Notes: generated by a model not told the origin, from the letters alone. Shown: positions 7,469-14,454, counted from the stretch's first letter. The stretch: DNA of 64,000 bases from an uncultured virus (IMG/VR IMGVR_UViG_3300045995_000154) (IMGVR_UViG_3300045995_000154), one strand, 5' to 3'. Translations and numbers: made by a program.

Positions 7469-8664
7469 ATAATCTTTATCTTTTTAAATCCTGCATTAGT
7501 TGGATTCCCTGCTGGCTTTGCATTTTCTGGACATAAGCTGCAAGCAGGAATTTCATATAGCAAGTCATCAATAAACTTTTTAATTTTGGCAATCTCCCAA
7601 TTTGGATTGCCGGGCTCGTAGCTACTAGCTACCGCCATTTGTTCTTTTGTTGCATCAACTGCAAACTGTGCACTAAATTCGCCAAATACTGCAACTGGGC
7701 CGCATTTCCAAAGTCTACCTCTGGCAAATTGATATGCTTGCCACTCAACTGAAGTAAAGCAGCAATTTGAATGTGCTACTCTTCCGTTGCCAGTTTGGAA
7801 TTTAACAGTTTGCCCCACTTGCGTAAGCATAGTGTCATAAAACTTATATGAATCCATTACTAGCAATGATACGCCATTAGCATCAGTGATTTTATATCCA
7901 TCCGAAATTGGTTTTGGTGGTGCAAAATTAAACAATGTAATACATTCGTCTTGAATGTATTGCGGTAAATTTTTAAACTCATCAGGTCTGTTACATGCTG
8001 GCCAATCGTTGGCTTTGATGGAGTTGTATTTTTCAATCCATGCTGTGTTGCTAACTGCTCCCCAGTTTTCATCGAATGAGAATAACTCCTTGCATTCATC
8101 TTGAATGGCTGATGGCAAACTCTTAAAGTCAGACCTAAAATTACATGTTGGCCAATCTGCTAGTTTAATTTGTTTGTATTTTATGTCCCACCGACTACCT
8201 ATTACTTCTGGTGTCAGGGATGCATGTACATCAGCAGCAAAATTTGCGCTGCTCTTTACATACGGTGCAATTAAAAATTGATCTATTCCAGTCTGCGCAT
8301 TTTGCATTACTTCATTGCTGTGTGCAGACATCCTAACTGACAATCTTGGGTTTTTAAGTCGCTCGTACAATTCTGGCCAACGCGAGAACTGTGTACCATT
8401 TGTTAATATTTCTACCTTTGATGTGGGCCATAGACCCATAACGCCGTCTACCCACAACAAAAAATCTGGATTAAGCATAGGCTCACCACCCAAAATTACT
8501 ATGTGTTTAATGTCGACAATGGCCGCCCACTTGGTATACTCGGCTGAATAATCAGCCCAGCGTTCGTGGCCCTTAAACGTAAAATTGTTAAACCTATTAC
8601 AGTCAGTGCAATTCAAATTACATACGTTTGTGATGTAAAAATCTGCAAACTCGATTTCAATCAT
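7444..8664 (-). CDS. Radical SAM protein with internal tandem repeat
   Basis: CNLNCTDC, LGGEP, TNG, C-terminal CSLCP. Confidence 0.9.
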   Translation of the reverse strand: MIEIEFADFYITNVCNLNCTDCNRFNNFTFKGHERWADYSAEYTKWAAIVDIKHIVILGGEPMLNPDFLLWVDGVMGLWPTSKVEILTNGTQFSRWPELYERLKNPRLSVRMSAHSNEVMQNAQTGIDQFLIAPYVKSSANFAADVHASLTPEVIGSRWDIKYKQIKLADWPTCNFRSDFKSLPSAIQDECKELFSFDENWGAVSNTAWIEKYNSIKANDWPACNRPDEFKNLPQYIQDECITLFNFAPPKPISDGYKITDANGVSLLVMDSYKFYDTMLTQVGQTVKFQTGNGRVAHSNCCFTSVEWQAYQFARGRLWKCGPVAVFGEFSAQFAVDATKEQMAVASSYEPGNPNWEIAKIKKFIDDLLYEIPACSLCPENAKPAGNPTNAGFKKIKIMDHRYAGR

Positions 8665-9309
8665 TTATTGATGTTTATATGTTTCTATATATTTTACCAC
8701 ATTGGTATCAAACCATTGTGGGTTTGCATGTAAGTAATCAATTGTTTTACTTAATGTCCACGGTGTTCTATAAGGGCGATTCGACATTAGTGCTTCCGCA
8801 ACGTCACATGCCGCCAATATACGTATATTATGCGGAATTTGTTCCGCTGTCAATTTAAGTGGATAACCCGACCCATCTAATCGCTCATGATGCATATATG
8901 CAAAATCTACTAATGGCCACGGTGATACTAAATTAGATAAAATAATTTTACCAATCGGCACATGCGTTTCCGCAATCATCCGCTCACCAGGAGTAAGTGG
9001 TCCAGCCTTAGAAATAACACTGTGGTGGACACCTATTTTGCCTATATCATGTATCAACGATCCAATTGTGACACCAATCATGTCATGGTATGATAACCCC
9101 ATCTTGGATGCAACATGCGTTGCAATTTCTTCTGCAGAACACAAGTGATCACCTGTATGCGAGTCGTATGCTTGCATCATTGTGACTAGAGTTTCAAAGT
9201 GAGAACATATTGTTTTCACTGTCATCTCATCAGGAGAATTACCCATGCTAGCCATGTAGTGCTGCAAAAACTCTTTACTTGCAAACATGGCTTTAGTATT
9301 AGGGTGCAT
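8665..9309 (-). CDS. HD-GYP cyclic-dinucleotide phosphodiesterase
   Basis: HDIGK, HHERLDGSGYP, CDVAEAL..RPYR; start set at ATG 9309 because the longer version overlaps tRNA-Val. Confidence 0.9.
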   Translation of the reverse strand: MHPNTKAMFASKEFLQHYMASMGNSPDEMTVKTICSHFETLVTMMQAYDSHTGDHLCSAEEIATHVASKMGLSYHDMIGVTIGSLIHDIGKIGVHHSVISKAGPLTPGERMIAETHVPIGKIILSNLVSPWPLVDFAYMHHERLDGSGYPLKLTAEQIPHNIRILAACDVAEALMSNRPYRTPWTLSKTIDYLHANPQWFDTNVVKYIETYKHQ

Positions 9310-9319
9310 ACTATATTTA

Positions 9320-9393
9320 TGGTATCCCGTAGCAGAATTGAACTGCTGTTTTAACCATGTCAAAGTTACGCTCTACCATTGAGCTAACGGGAC
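9320..9393 (-). tRNA. tRNA-Val(GAC)
   Basis: Cloverleaf, CCA. Confidence 0.88.
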
Positions 9394-9399
9394 AAATTT

Positions 9400-9476
9400 T
9401 GGCATACCGGGAAGGATTCGAACCTTCATCACGCAATTTTGGAGACTGCTGTTCTGCCAATTGGAACTACCGATAT
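9400..9476 (-). tRNA. tRNA-Trp(CCA)
   Basis: Cloverleaf, CCA end. Confidence 0.82.
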
Positions 9477-9482
9477 ATAATT

Positions 9483-9570
9483 TGGCGGGTGAGAGAGGAC
9501 TTGAACCTCCACGCCTTTTTCAAAACGTCAGTTTAGCAAACTGATGCGGCTACCATTTCGCCACTCACCC
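9483..9570 (-). tRNA. tRNA-Ser(GCU)
   Basis: Long variable arm, G73. Confidence 0.9.
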
Positions 9571-9674
9571 ATTAATCTTACTGTGAGGGCTAACCTCTCT
9601 AGCGCAAGTAGCACGTTCCGGTTTACGCCGGTTCGGTTGAGCAGGGTCCAGGTTGCTTGGGACTACTTATACTC

Positions 9675-9749
9675 TGGAGCCTTCAGCTAGAATCAAACTA
9701 GCGATTACTGATTACGAAACAGTCGTGTTATCACTAACACTATAAAGGC
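9675..9749 (-). tRNA. tRNA-Thr(CGU)
   Basis: Cloverleaf, CCA. Confidence 0.82.
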
Positions 9750-9918
9750 ATATTAAATTAGAAGGTTGGATTTACGGTTTCGACACCGCTGCACCAACTT
9801 GTAAGACCGTAAGGGGGTCTTTCGGTAATATTCGGCCCACGTCGTCCGTCCGATATTTACCTATACACTGATATACGACCTGTCTACCAGTTGCTGTTCT
9901 ACCAGCTGCTTCTAAACT

Positions 9919-9995
9919 TGGTGCACCCTCTCGGATTCGAACCGAGAACATTTAGTTTCTAAGACTAACCTGACTACCAATTGCAGCAAGGGTGC
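9919..9995 (-). tRNA. tRNA-Leu(UAG), short variable loop
   Basis: Cloverleaf, A73, 5-nt variable loop. Confidence 0.85.
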
Positions 9996-10095
9996 ATATT
10001 CTGTGCTAGTTTACTCCTTACTAGCAAGTCCTATAAGTCGACTCTGCATTTAAGCCTGCAGAGCTTACTATGCCTATAGCGTAGGCTTAAAATAA

Positions 10096-10395
10096 TCAAC
10101 ACTCCGTAGCCGGGATTCTGTTCTATGCTAACATTAATCTTTGCCACAACCCGCACCTATAAGCAAAAGGTTCCCAAGTGCTGTTTGTGTTGCACACTAT
10201 ATCACGGTAGTGTTAACGATAGCATTTTGTGGTGGAGTTTGCCAGGGGCTTTCACCTGGTTGCGGCCTGGAGCGCGAAGGCCCAGTTTCGTCCTATATGT
10301 TACGTGTTCAAACCCCATTACAAAATACTATCTCCTACTCGCCCTTTGCGTGTGTCCCGAACTTCCTGACTTGCGCCCGTTAGCTCGAATGTTGA
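10096..10395 (-). ncRNA. rnpB: Ribonuclease P RNA
   Basis: P1 UCAACAUUC/GAGUGUUGA, P2 GCUAAC/GUUAGC, CR-I AGGAAGUUCGGGA, CR-V AACAGAAUCCCGGCUAC forming P4. Confidence 0.85.
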
Positions 10396-10399
10396 AATT

Positions 10400-10520
10400 T
10401 GGTGCAGCCCCGTGGATTCGAACCACGACCTCGTCCTTGTATAATGGAATGATTGTAGTGCTGTATTGTATCCTTGTCAGGATCGCTTTCTACGCGAGCT
10501 AACCATTACTCTAAGGCTGC
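10400..10520 (-). ncRNA. tRNA-shaped RNA with anticodon arm replaced by an AUCCU/AGGAU..ACAGCA module
   Basis: Canonical acceptor, D and T arms, CCA; ~60-nt central insert. Confidence 0.7.
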
Positions 10521-10527
10521 ATTAAAT

Positions 10528-10602
10528 TGGCCGGTCCTAGAGGAATCGAACCTCTACCCACTGTTTCGAAGACAATGATGATATCCATTTCACTAAGGAC
10601 CG
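10528..10602 (-). tRNA. tRNA-Arg(UCG)
   Basis: Cloverleaf, CCA. Confidence 0.88.
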
Positions 10603-10607
10603 ATATT

Positions 10608-10683
10608 TGGTGGGTCGCACGGGAGTCGAACCCGCCTGGTACTGATTAAGAGTCAGCTGCATCTGCCGCTTTGCTAACAACCC
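10608..10683 (-). tRNA. tRNA-Lys(CUU)
   Basis: Cloverleaf, CCA. Confidence 0.88.
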
Positions 10684-10691
10684 AAATTGTG

Positions 10692-10768
10692 TGGTGCCCC
10701 TGGTCAGATTCGAACTGACATCCAAAACCTTTTAAGGATTCCCGCACTACCAATTAGCGTACAGGGGC
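10692..10768 (-). tRNA. tRNA-Leu(UAA), short variable loop
   Basis: Cloverleaf, A73. Confidence 0.85.
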
Positions 10769-10877
10769 GAAAATAATTTAGCTAGAACAATCGCCAGGAT
10801 ATGTTGACACATACCCCAGCAGGGATTCGAACCCCATACACGCCTGATGTTCTATATTTTACGTGAGCCAAAAATAA

Positions 10878-10982
10878 CAGGATGTGGCGTCTATAGACCG
10901 GGACTCGAACCCTTGACGCACCCCCAGCGGGCCGGCCTCGCGAAGTATGGAGCGAGTTTTGAGTTTTGCTGCAATCATCCTA
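10878..10982 (-). ncRNA. CAGCAA-motif RNA with T-arm
   Basis: AGGAUG/CAUCCU helix, UUGCAGCAA, GGG-UUCGAGU-CCC. Confidence 0.6.
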
Positions 10983-10985
10983 AAC

Positions 10986-11061
10986 TGGTACATCGGACTG
11001 GCTTCGAACCAGTGACACCTAACTTTTCAGGCTAGTGCTCTACCAACTGAGCTACCGATGC
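10986..11061 (-). tRNA. tRNA-Phe(GAA)
   Basis: Cloverleaf, CCA. Confidence 0.88.
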
Positions 11062-11070
11062 ATAATATAA

Positions 11071-11133
11071 CAGGATCAACTTTTTAGTTTTCGAACAAAG
11101 AAAATTTTATTAAGTTTTGCTGAACTGATCCTA
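11071..11133 (-). ncRNA. CAGCAA-motif RNA
   Basis: AGGAUCA/UGAUCCU helix, GUUCAGCAA. Confidence 0.6.
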
Positions 11134-11137
11134 AAAC

Positions 11138-11215
11138 TGGTACCCTAGGTCGGATTCGAACCGACACGATTCTCCTTTTGAGAGAGACGCCTCATACCAA
11201 TTGGGCTACTAGGGC
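11138..11215 (-). tRNA. tRNA-Leu(CAA), short variable loop
   Basis: Cloverleaf, A73. Confidence 0.85.
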
Positions 11216-11224
11216 ATAATAACT

Positions 11225-11300
11225 TGGTGCAACCTACAGGGATCGAACCTGTTTCATCGGCTTTTCAGACCGCTGCAATGACCACATTTGCTAAAGTTGC
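11225..11300 (-). tRNA. tRNA-Phe(GAA)
   Basis: Cloverleaf, CCA. Confidence 0.82.
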
Positions 11301-11312
11301 ATAATAAACTTA

Positions 11313-11385
11313 GGGGTGACCGATGGGAGTTGAACCCATACTACCAGAGTCACAGTCTAGGTTGCTACCGCTACAACACGGCCAC
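11313..11385 (-). tRNA. tRNA-His(GUG)
   Basis: Cloverleaf, C73; G-1 and terminal A not encoded. Confidence 0.85.
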
Positions 11386-11404
11386 ACCTAAGTTCACTAA
11401 AATT

Positions 11405-11478
11405 TGGCAGCCCGTGTAGGAATCGAACCTACGCTTACTGAGTCAGAGTCAGTTATTCTTCCATTAAACTAACAGGCA
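11405..11478 (-). tRNA. tRNA-Gln(CUG)
   Basis: Cloverleaf, G73, CCA. Confidence 0.85.
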
Positions 11479-11484
11479 ACAAAT

Positions 11485-11571
11485 TGGCTGAGGAAGTACG
11501 ACTTGAACGTACACGCCCTTTACAGACACTGATTTCAAAGACCAGCGTGGCTACCATTTCACCATTCCCCA
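11485..11571 (-). tRNA. tRNA with Gln anticodon (UUG) and long variable arm
   Basis: 87 nt, CUGGU-CUUUGAA-AUCAG, variable arm GUCU-GUAA-AGGGC, G73. Confidence 0.8.
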
Positions 11572-11612
11572 ATAAACTATAAATAATATACATACATCAT
11601 TAAGGTACGTAT

Positions 11613-11912
11613 ATGAAAAACTTTCTAGCTGCACTTTTACTCGTTCCCACTTTATCATTCGCTACGCTTGAGCATTTCAAGAAGGACGTAATCTGCGAAG
11701 ACGAGGACAAATTAATGGCCGAATTAACTGGTCCTGAGTATCAGGAAGAAGTTGTCATTATCGGCAAAGGATCAGTAAACGTGTTAATCATTACGCTCAA
11801 CAAAGAAACAGGATCTTACTCTGTATTAGAAGTTAACGATGGTAAATTGTGCGGGCTAAACGTAGGCGATAATTTTACCATTAATTGGAAGAAAATGCCT
11901 ACACAAAAATAA
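11613..11912 (+). CDS. Small exported protein (signal peptide)
   Basis: MKNFLAALLLVPTLSFA; TATAAATA at 11578 and AAGG RBS. Confidence 0.75.
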   Translation: MKNFLAALLLVPTLSFATLEHFKKDVICEDEDKLMAELTGPEYQEEVVIIGKGSVNVLIITLNKETGSYSVLEVNDGKLCGLNVGDNFTINWKKMPTQK

Positions 11913-11977
11913 CAGGAAGAGGTTGTCGACTAAGACACCAAAAGTTTAAGTCTGTATTGTTTGCAGAACTCTTCCTA
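11913..11977 (-). ncRNA. CUGCAA-motif RNA
   Basis: AGGAAGAG/CUCUUCCU helix, UUCUGCAA. Confidence 0.55.
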
Positions 11978-11981
11978 AAAC

Positions 11982-12236
11982 TGGCTTCGTCAACAAGACT
12001 CGAACTTGTGATGCGGGGTTAAAATCGCGTATGCTGGGTCCCCGTGTGTTTCCCAAAGTTACCCTCGTATCCCCTCAATGCCTTATCTCACTCTTCATGC
12101 ATTTCAACCTGTTCCGCACTTCCCGGACTCACAGTGTTTGGTTTTAAAGCCTACGCGATTGTTATCTACTTTGCACTACTAGCTGCCTTATCTCACCTAC
12201 TCAATACTACTCTACCTTCCTCTACACTATAACGAA
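11982..12236 (-). ncRNA. 255-nt RNA with tRNA-like termini and purine-rich interior
   Basis: UUCGUUA/UGACGAA-GCCA, T-arm ACAAG-UUCGAGU-CUUGU, 13-nt internal repeat. Confidence 0.6.
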
Positions 12237-12244
12237 ATAAAACT

Positions 12245-12319
12245 TGGTGCTCTCTGGCAGATTTGAACTGCCTTCTGTGGACTACAAAACCACTATTCTC
12301 CCGAGTGAACTAAGAGAGC
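12245..12319 (-). tRNA. tRNA-Thr(UGU)
   Basis: Cloverleaf, CCA. Confidence 0.82.
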
Positions 12320-12328
12320 ATAATATAA

Positions 12329-12446
12329 CAGGATGCCTTAATAGACGGCGTGAAGCCGTTGCTCTGCCATTAGAGCGTACTACGCGATGTGCGTGGTGTT
12401 GGAATCGAACCAACTGATCTAAAAGATCGTTGCTGCAAGCATCCTA
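12329..12446 (-). ncRNA. YrlA-like RNA (circularly permuted tRNA domain)
   Basis: AGGAUGC/GCAUCCU helix + UUGCAGCAA; order T-arm, loop-closed acceptor-like stem, D-arm. Confidence 0.7.
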
Positions 12447-12450
12447 AAAC

Positions 12451-12525
12451 TGGTACCTCCTGAGAGAATCGAACTCCCATCCCAACGTTCGTAGCGTTGT
12501 ACATTATCCATTATACGAAGGAGGC
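12451..12525 (-). tRNA. tRNA-Arg(ACG)
   Basis: Cloverleaf, CCA. Confidence 0.88.
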
Positions 12526-12531
12526 AAAAAC

Positions 12532-12605
12532 TGGTGGAGCTCTGGGGAATCGAACCCCAATGACTAACTTGCAAGGCTAGTATAATCCCATTATATGAGA
12601 ACCCC
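12532..12605 (-). tRNA. tRNA-Ala(UGC)
   Basis: G3-U70, CCA. Confidence 0.88.
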
Positions 12606-12613
12606 GATAAATT

Positions 12614-12688
12614 TGGTGGAGGCCGGGGGTATCGAACCCCTCTAGACATGATCATTGCAAGTGAACACCGCAGCCCTCTGCTGCCCCC
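12614..12688 (-). tRNA. Atypical tRNA-Ala(UGC)
   Basis: G3-U70, CCA, non-standard D arm. Confidence 0.65.
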
Positions 12689-12696
12689 ATTATAGG

Positions 12697-12849
12697 TTTT
12701 GAGAGACCAACTATCTTTCTTAAGGACTCGCTGGCTTGTCTCGAATTAAGAGAGTTTATACAACCTTGTACAATTCTACTGGTGTGTCATGCTCAAGAAA
12801 TAGGGCACTAGAATACAAGGGACTCAATCTCAATCGTCTATCTCAAATC
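12697..12849 (-). ncRNA. Rod-like structured RNA, ~150 nt
   Basis: UUUGAGA/UCUCAAA closing helix, internal CCUUGUA/UACAAGG and UUCUA/UAGAA. Confidence 0.45.
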
Positions 12850-12923
12850 TGGTGCTGAATGCGGGAATCGAACCCACGTAAGCTACGTACCAAGCAGCTA
12901 GGTTACCACTACATCAATTCAGC
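12850..12923 (-). tRNA. tRNA-Thr(GGU)
   Basis: Cloverleaf, CCA. Confidence 0.85.
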
Positions 12924-12930
12924 TTGTCTC

Positions 12931-13005
12931 TGGTGGTACTGATGAGAATCGAACTCATTTCTTGCAGCGTATGAAGCTGGTGCATTACCTTAATGCTACA
13001 GGACC
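12931..13005 (-). tRNA. tRNA-Met/Ile2(CAU)
   Basis: Cloverleaf, CCA. Confidence 0.82.
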
Positions 13006-13014
13006 ATAATAACT

Positions 13015-13086
13015 TGGAGCGGGTGACAGGGTTCGAACCTGCATCTTTCGGCTTGGAAGGCCAAACGTATTCCACAAACCACACGC
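13015..13086 (-). tRNA. tRNA-Gly(UCC), weak D arm
   Basis: Anticodon and T arms, U73, CCA. Confidence 0.65.
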
Positions 13087-13139
13087 ATATAAGAGAATTT
13101 TTGACTCATTTCTGACCGCCCTCTTTACATGGCATAAAT

Positions 13140-13218
13140 TGGCTCCGCATCTGGGACTCGAACCCAGCTATACATTGATTAACAGTCAAGTCCGTGCACC
13201 TGGCTCGGATTCTGCGGA
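13140..13218 (-). tRNA. tRNA-Asn(GUU)
   Basis: U1-A72, G73, CCA. Confidence 0.85.
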
Positions 13219-13225
13219 ATAAAAT

Positions 13226-13304
13226 TGGCTCCGTGTGTGAGGATCGAACTCACCTAATCATTGATTAACAGTCAAGTCCTTGCACCATGCTTGGATTTCA
13301 CGGA
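13226..13304 (-). tRNA. tRNA-Asn(GUU)
   Basis: U1-A72, G73, CCA. Confidence 0.85.
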
Positions 13305-13371
13305 ATAAAAGATGCCAGCCACGAGGGGACTGCTGGCGTTAGTCACCGTCTTAATACTGGTGACCAAAATT

Positions 13372-13459
13372 TGGTGGAACGTGTAGGATTCGAACCTACT
13401 ACCCTTGGAAGGGCGCGATGTTACAGACCGCTCTAGCACTCCAACTCTAGCGACGAACC
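13372..13459 (-). tRNA. tRNA-Tyr(GUA)
   Basis: Long variable arm, CCA. Confidence 0.75.
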
Positions 13460-13464
13460 AAATT

Positions 13465-13548
13465 TGGTGGAGACGTGTGGTTTCGATCCACTCCCATAAT
13501 GGGCGAGTTTTACAGACTCGCTGCTGAAGCCATCAGCTTTCCATCTCC
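13465..13548 (-). tRNA. tRNA-Tyr(GUA)
   Basis: Long variable arm, CCA. Confidence 0.78.
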
Positions 13549-13556
13549 AAAAATAG

Positions 13557-13617
13557 CAGGATAGTTTTTACGGTTTTGATTAAAAGTCAAATGTAATTGT
13601 TTGCTGAACCTATCCTA
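13557..13617 (-). ncRNA. CAGCAA-motif RNA carrying a tRNA-Lys(UUU) anticodon stem-loop
   Basis: AGGAUAG/CUAUCCU helix, GUUCAGCAA, UUUGA-CUUUUAA-UCAAA. Confidence 0.65.
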
Positions 13618-13621
13618 TAAC

Positions 13622-13696
13622 TGGCGCCGTAGACGAGACTCGAACTCGCCTGACTCACATCGACAGTGTGGTGCCCTCCCCGAGAGCTACTACGGC
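13622..13696 (-). tRNA. tRNA-Asp(GUC)
   Basis: Cloverleaf, G73. Confidence 0.82.
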
Positions 13697-13786
13697 ATAT
13701 AACTTGGCGGCACGAAACCAGCTGTGCACTTACGCTTCTTAGCTTCTCGTTCCTAGGAAACTTACGCTTGGGTCATCGCCCTAACT

Positions 13787-13860
13787 TGGTGTGAGATAAG
13801 GGAATCGAACCCTTGACTAAAAGTTGGCAACCTTTAATTTTACCATTAAACTAATCCCAC
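13787..13860 (-). tRNA. tRNA-Gly(GCC)
   Basis: Cloverleaf, CCA, atypical A73. Confidence 0.8.
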
Positions 13861-13868
13861 ATAAAAAC

Positions 13869-13942
13869 TGGTCAGGGTACAAGGAATCGAACCTTGGCCA
13901 CGACGCCCCAAACGTCGCATGATACCATTTCACCACACCCTG
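13869..13942 (-). tRNA. tRNA-Pro(UGG)
   Basis: Cloverleaf, C1-G72. Confidence 0.88.
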
Positions 13943-13951
13943 AAAATACAT

Positions 13952-14028
13952 TGGTCTGCGCTGAAGGATTCGAACCTTCGACCCCTCGGTTCCAGGCCGA
14001 GAACTCTACCAGACTGAGCTAAACACAG
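13952..14028 (-). tRNA. tRNA-Pro(UGG), loop CC-UGG-AA
   Basis: Cloverleaf, C1-G72, C33 and A37. Confidence 0.82.
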
Positions 14029-14038
14029 ATTAAAAACT

Positions 14039-14112
14039 TGGTACATCGTTGGAGAATTGAACTCCCATCAACGGTATGTAACACCGCTATTCTACCATTA
14101 AACTACCGATGC
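14039..14112 (-). tRNA. tRNA-Val(UAC)
   Basis: Cloverleaf, CCA. Confidence 0.82.
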
Positions 14113-14120
14113 AAACTAAC

Positions 14121-14195
14121 TGGAGTCGCGTACGGGGATCGAACCCGCCTGAACAGGTTGAAAGCCTGTGGACCTCACCAAAAGTCAAACGCGAC
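14121..14195 (-). tRNA. tRNA-Glu(UUC)
   Basis: Cloverleaf, CCA. Confidence 0.85.
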
Positions 14196-14202
14196 ATAAA
14201 CT

Positions 14203-14276
14203 TGGTACCCTGTCCAGGTAACGATCCTGGGTCTATCGGTTATCAGCCGATTGCTCTACCTTTGAGCTAACTGGGC
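14203..14276 (-). tRNA. tRNA-Ile(GAU)
   Basis: Cloverleaf, CCA. Confidence 0.88.
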
Positions 14277-14284
14277 ACTAAACT

Positions 14285-14358
14285 TGGTACGGGATGTAGG
14301 GATCGAACCTACGCTCTCAGAGTCAAAGTCTGATATGCTACCATTACATAAATCCCGA
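14285..14358 (-). tRNA. tRNA-Gln(UUG)
   Basis: Cloverleaf, CCA. Confidence 0.82.
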
Positions 14359-14454
14359 TCAAAAAACTTACCTACTGTGGCTACTCCTTAGTAGCATATA
14401 GATTCAGAGTCTATAGGTCCTGCAAATTTACTGCTTGCCACCCATGTACGTCAG

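Noticed and set aside
9310..9393. Truncated tRNA-Val disrupted by the HD-GYP gene
   Set aside because: The tRNA is complete (9320-9393); the ORF track over-extends the start
13311..13366. HDV/theta ribozyme-like CCCCUCGUGG loop
   Set aside because: No room for P2 and no J4/2; two simple hairpins explain it
1971..13617. CRISPR array from the CAGCAA repeats
   Set aside because: Copies are dispersed, divergent and covarying, with no regular spacers or cas genes
474..14360. Short ORF-track calls overlapping tRNAs and ncRNAs (for example 10125-10502, 12419-12655)
   Set aside because: No RBS or protein motifs; they coincide with RNA genes
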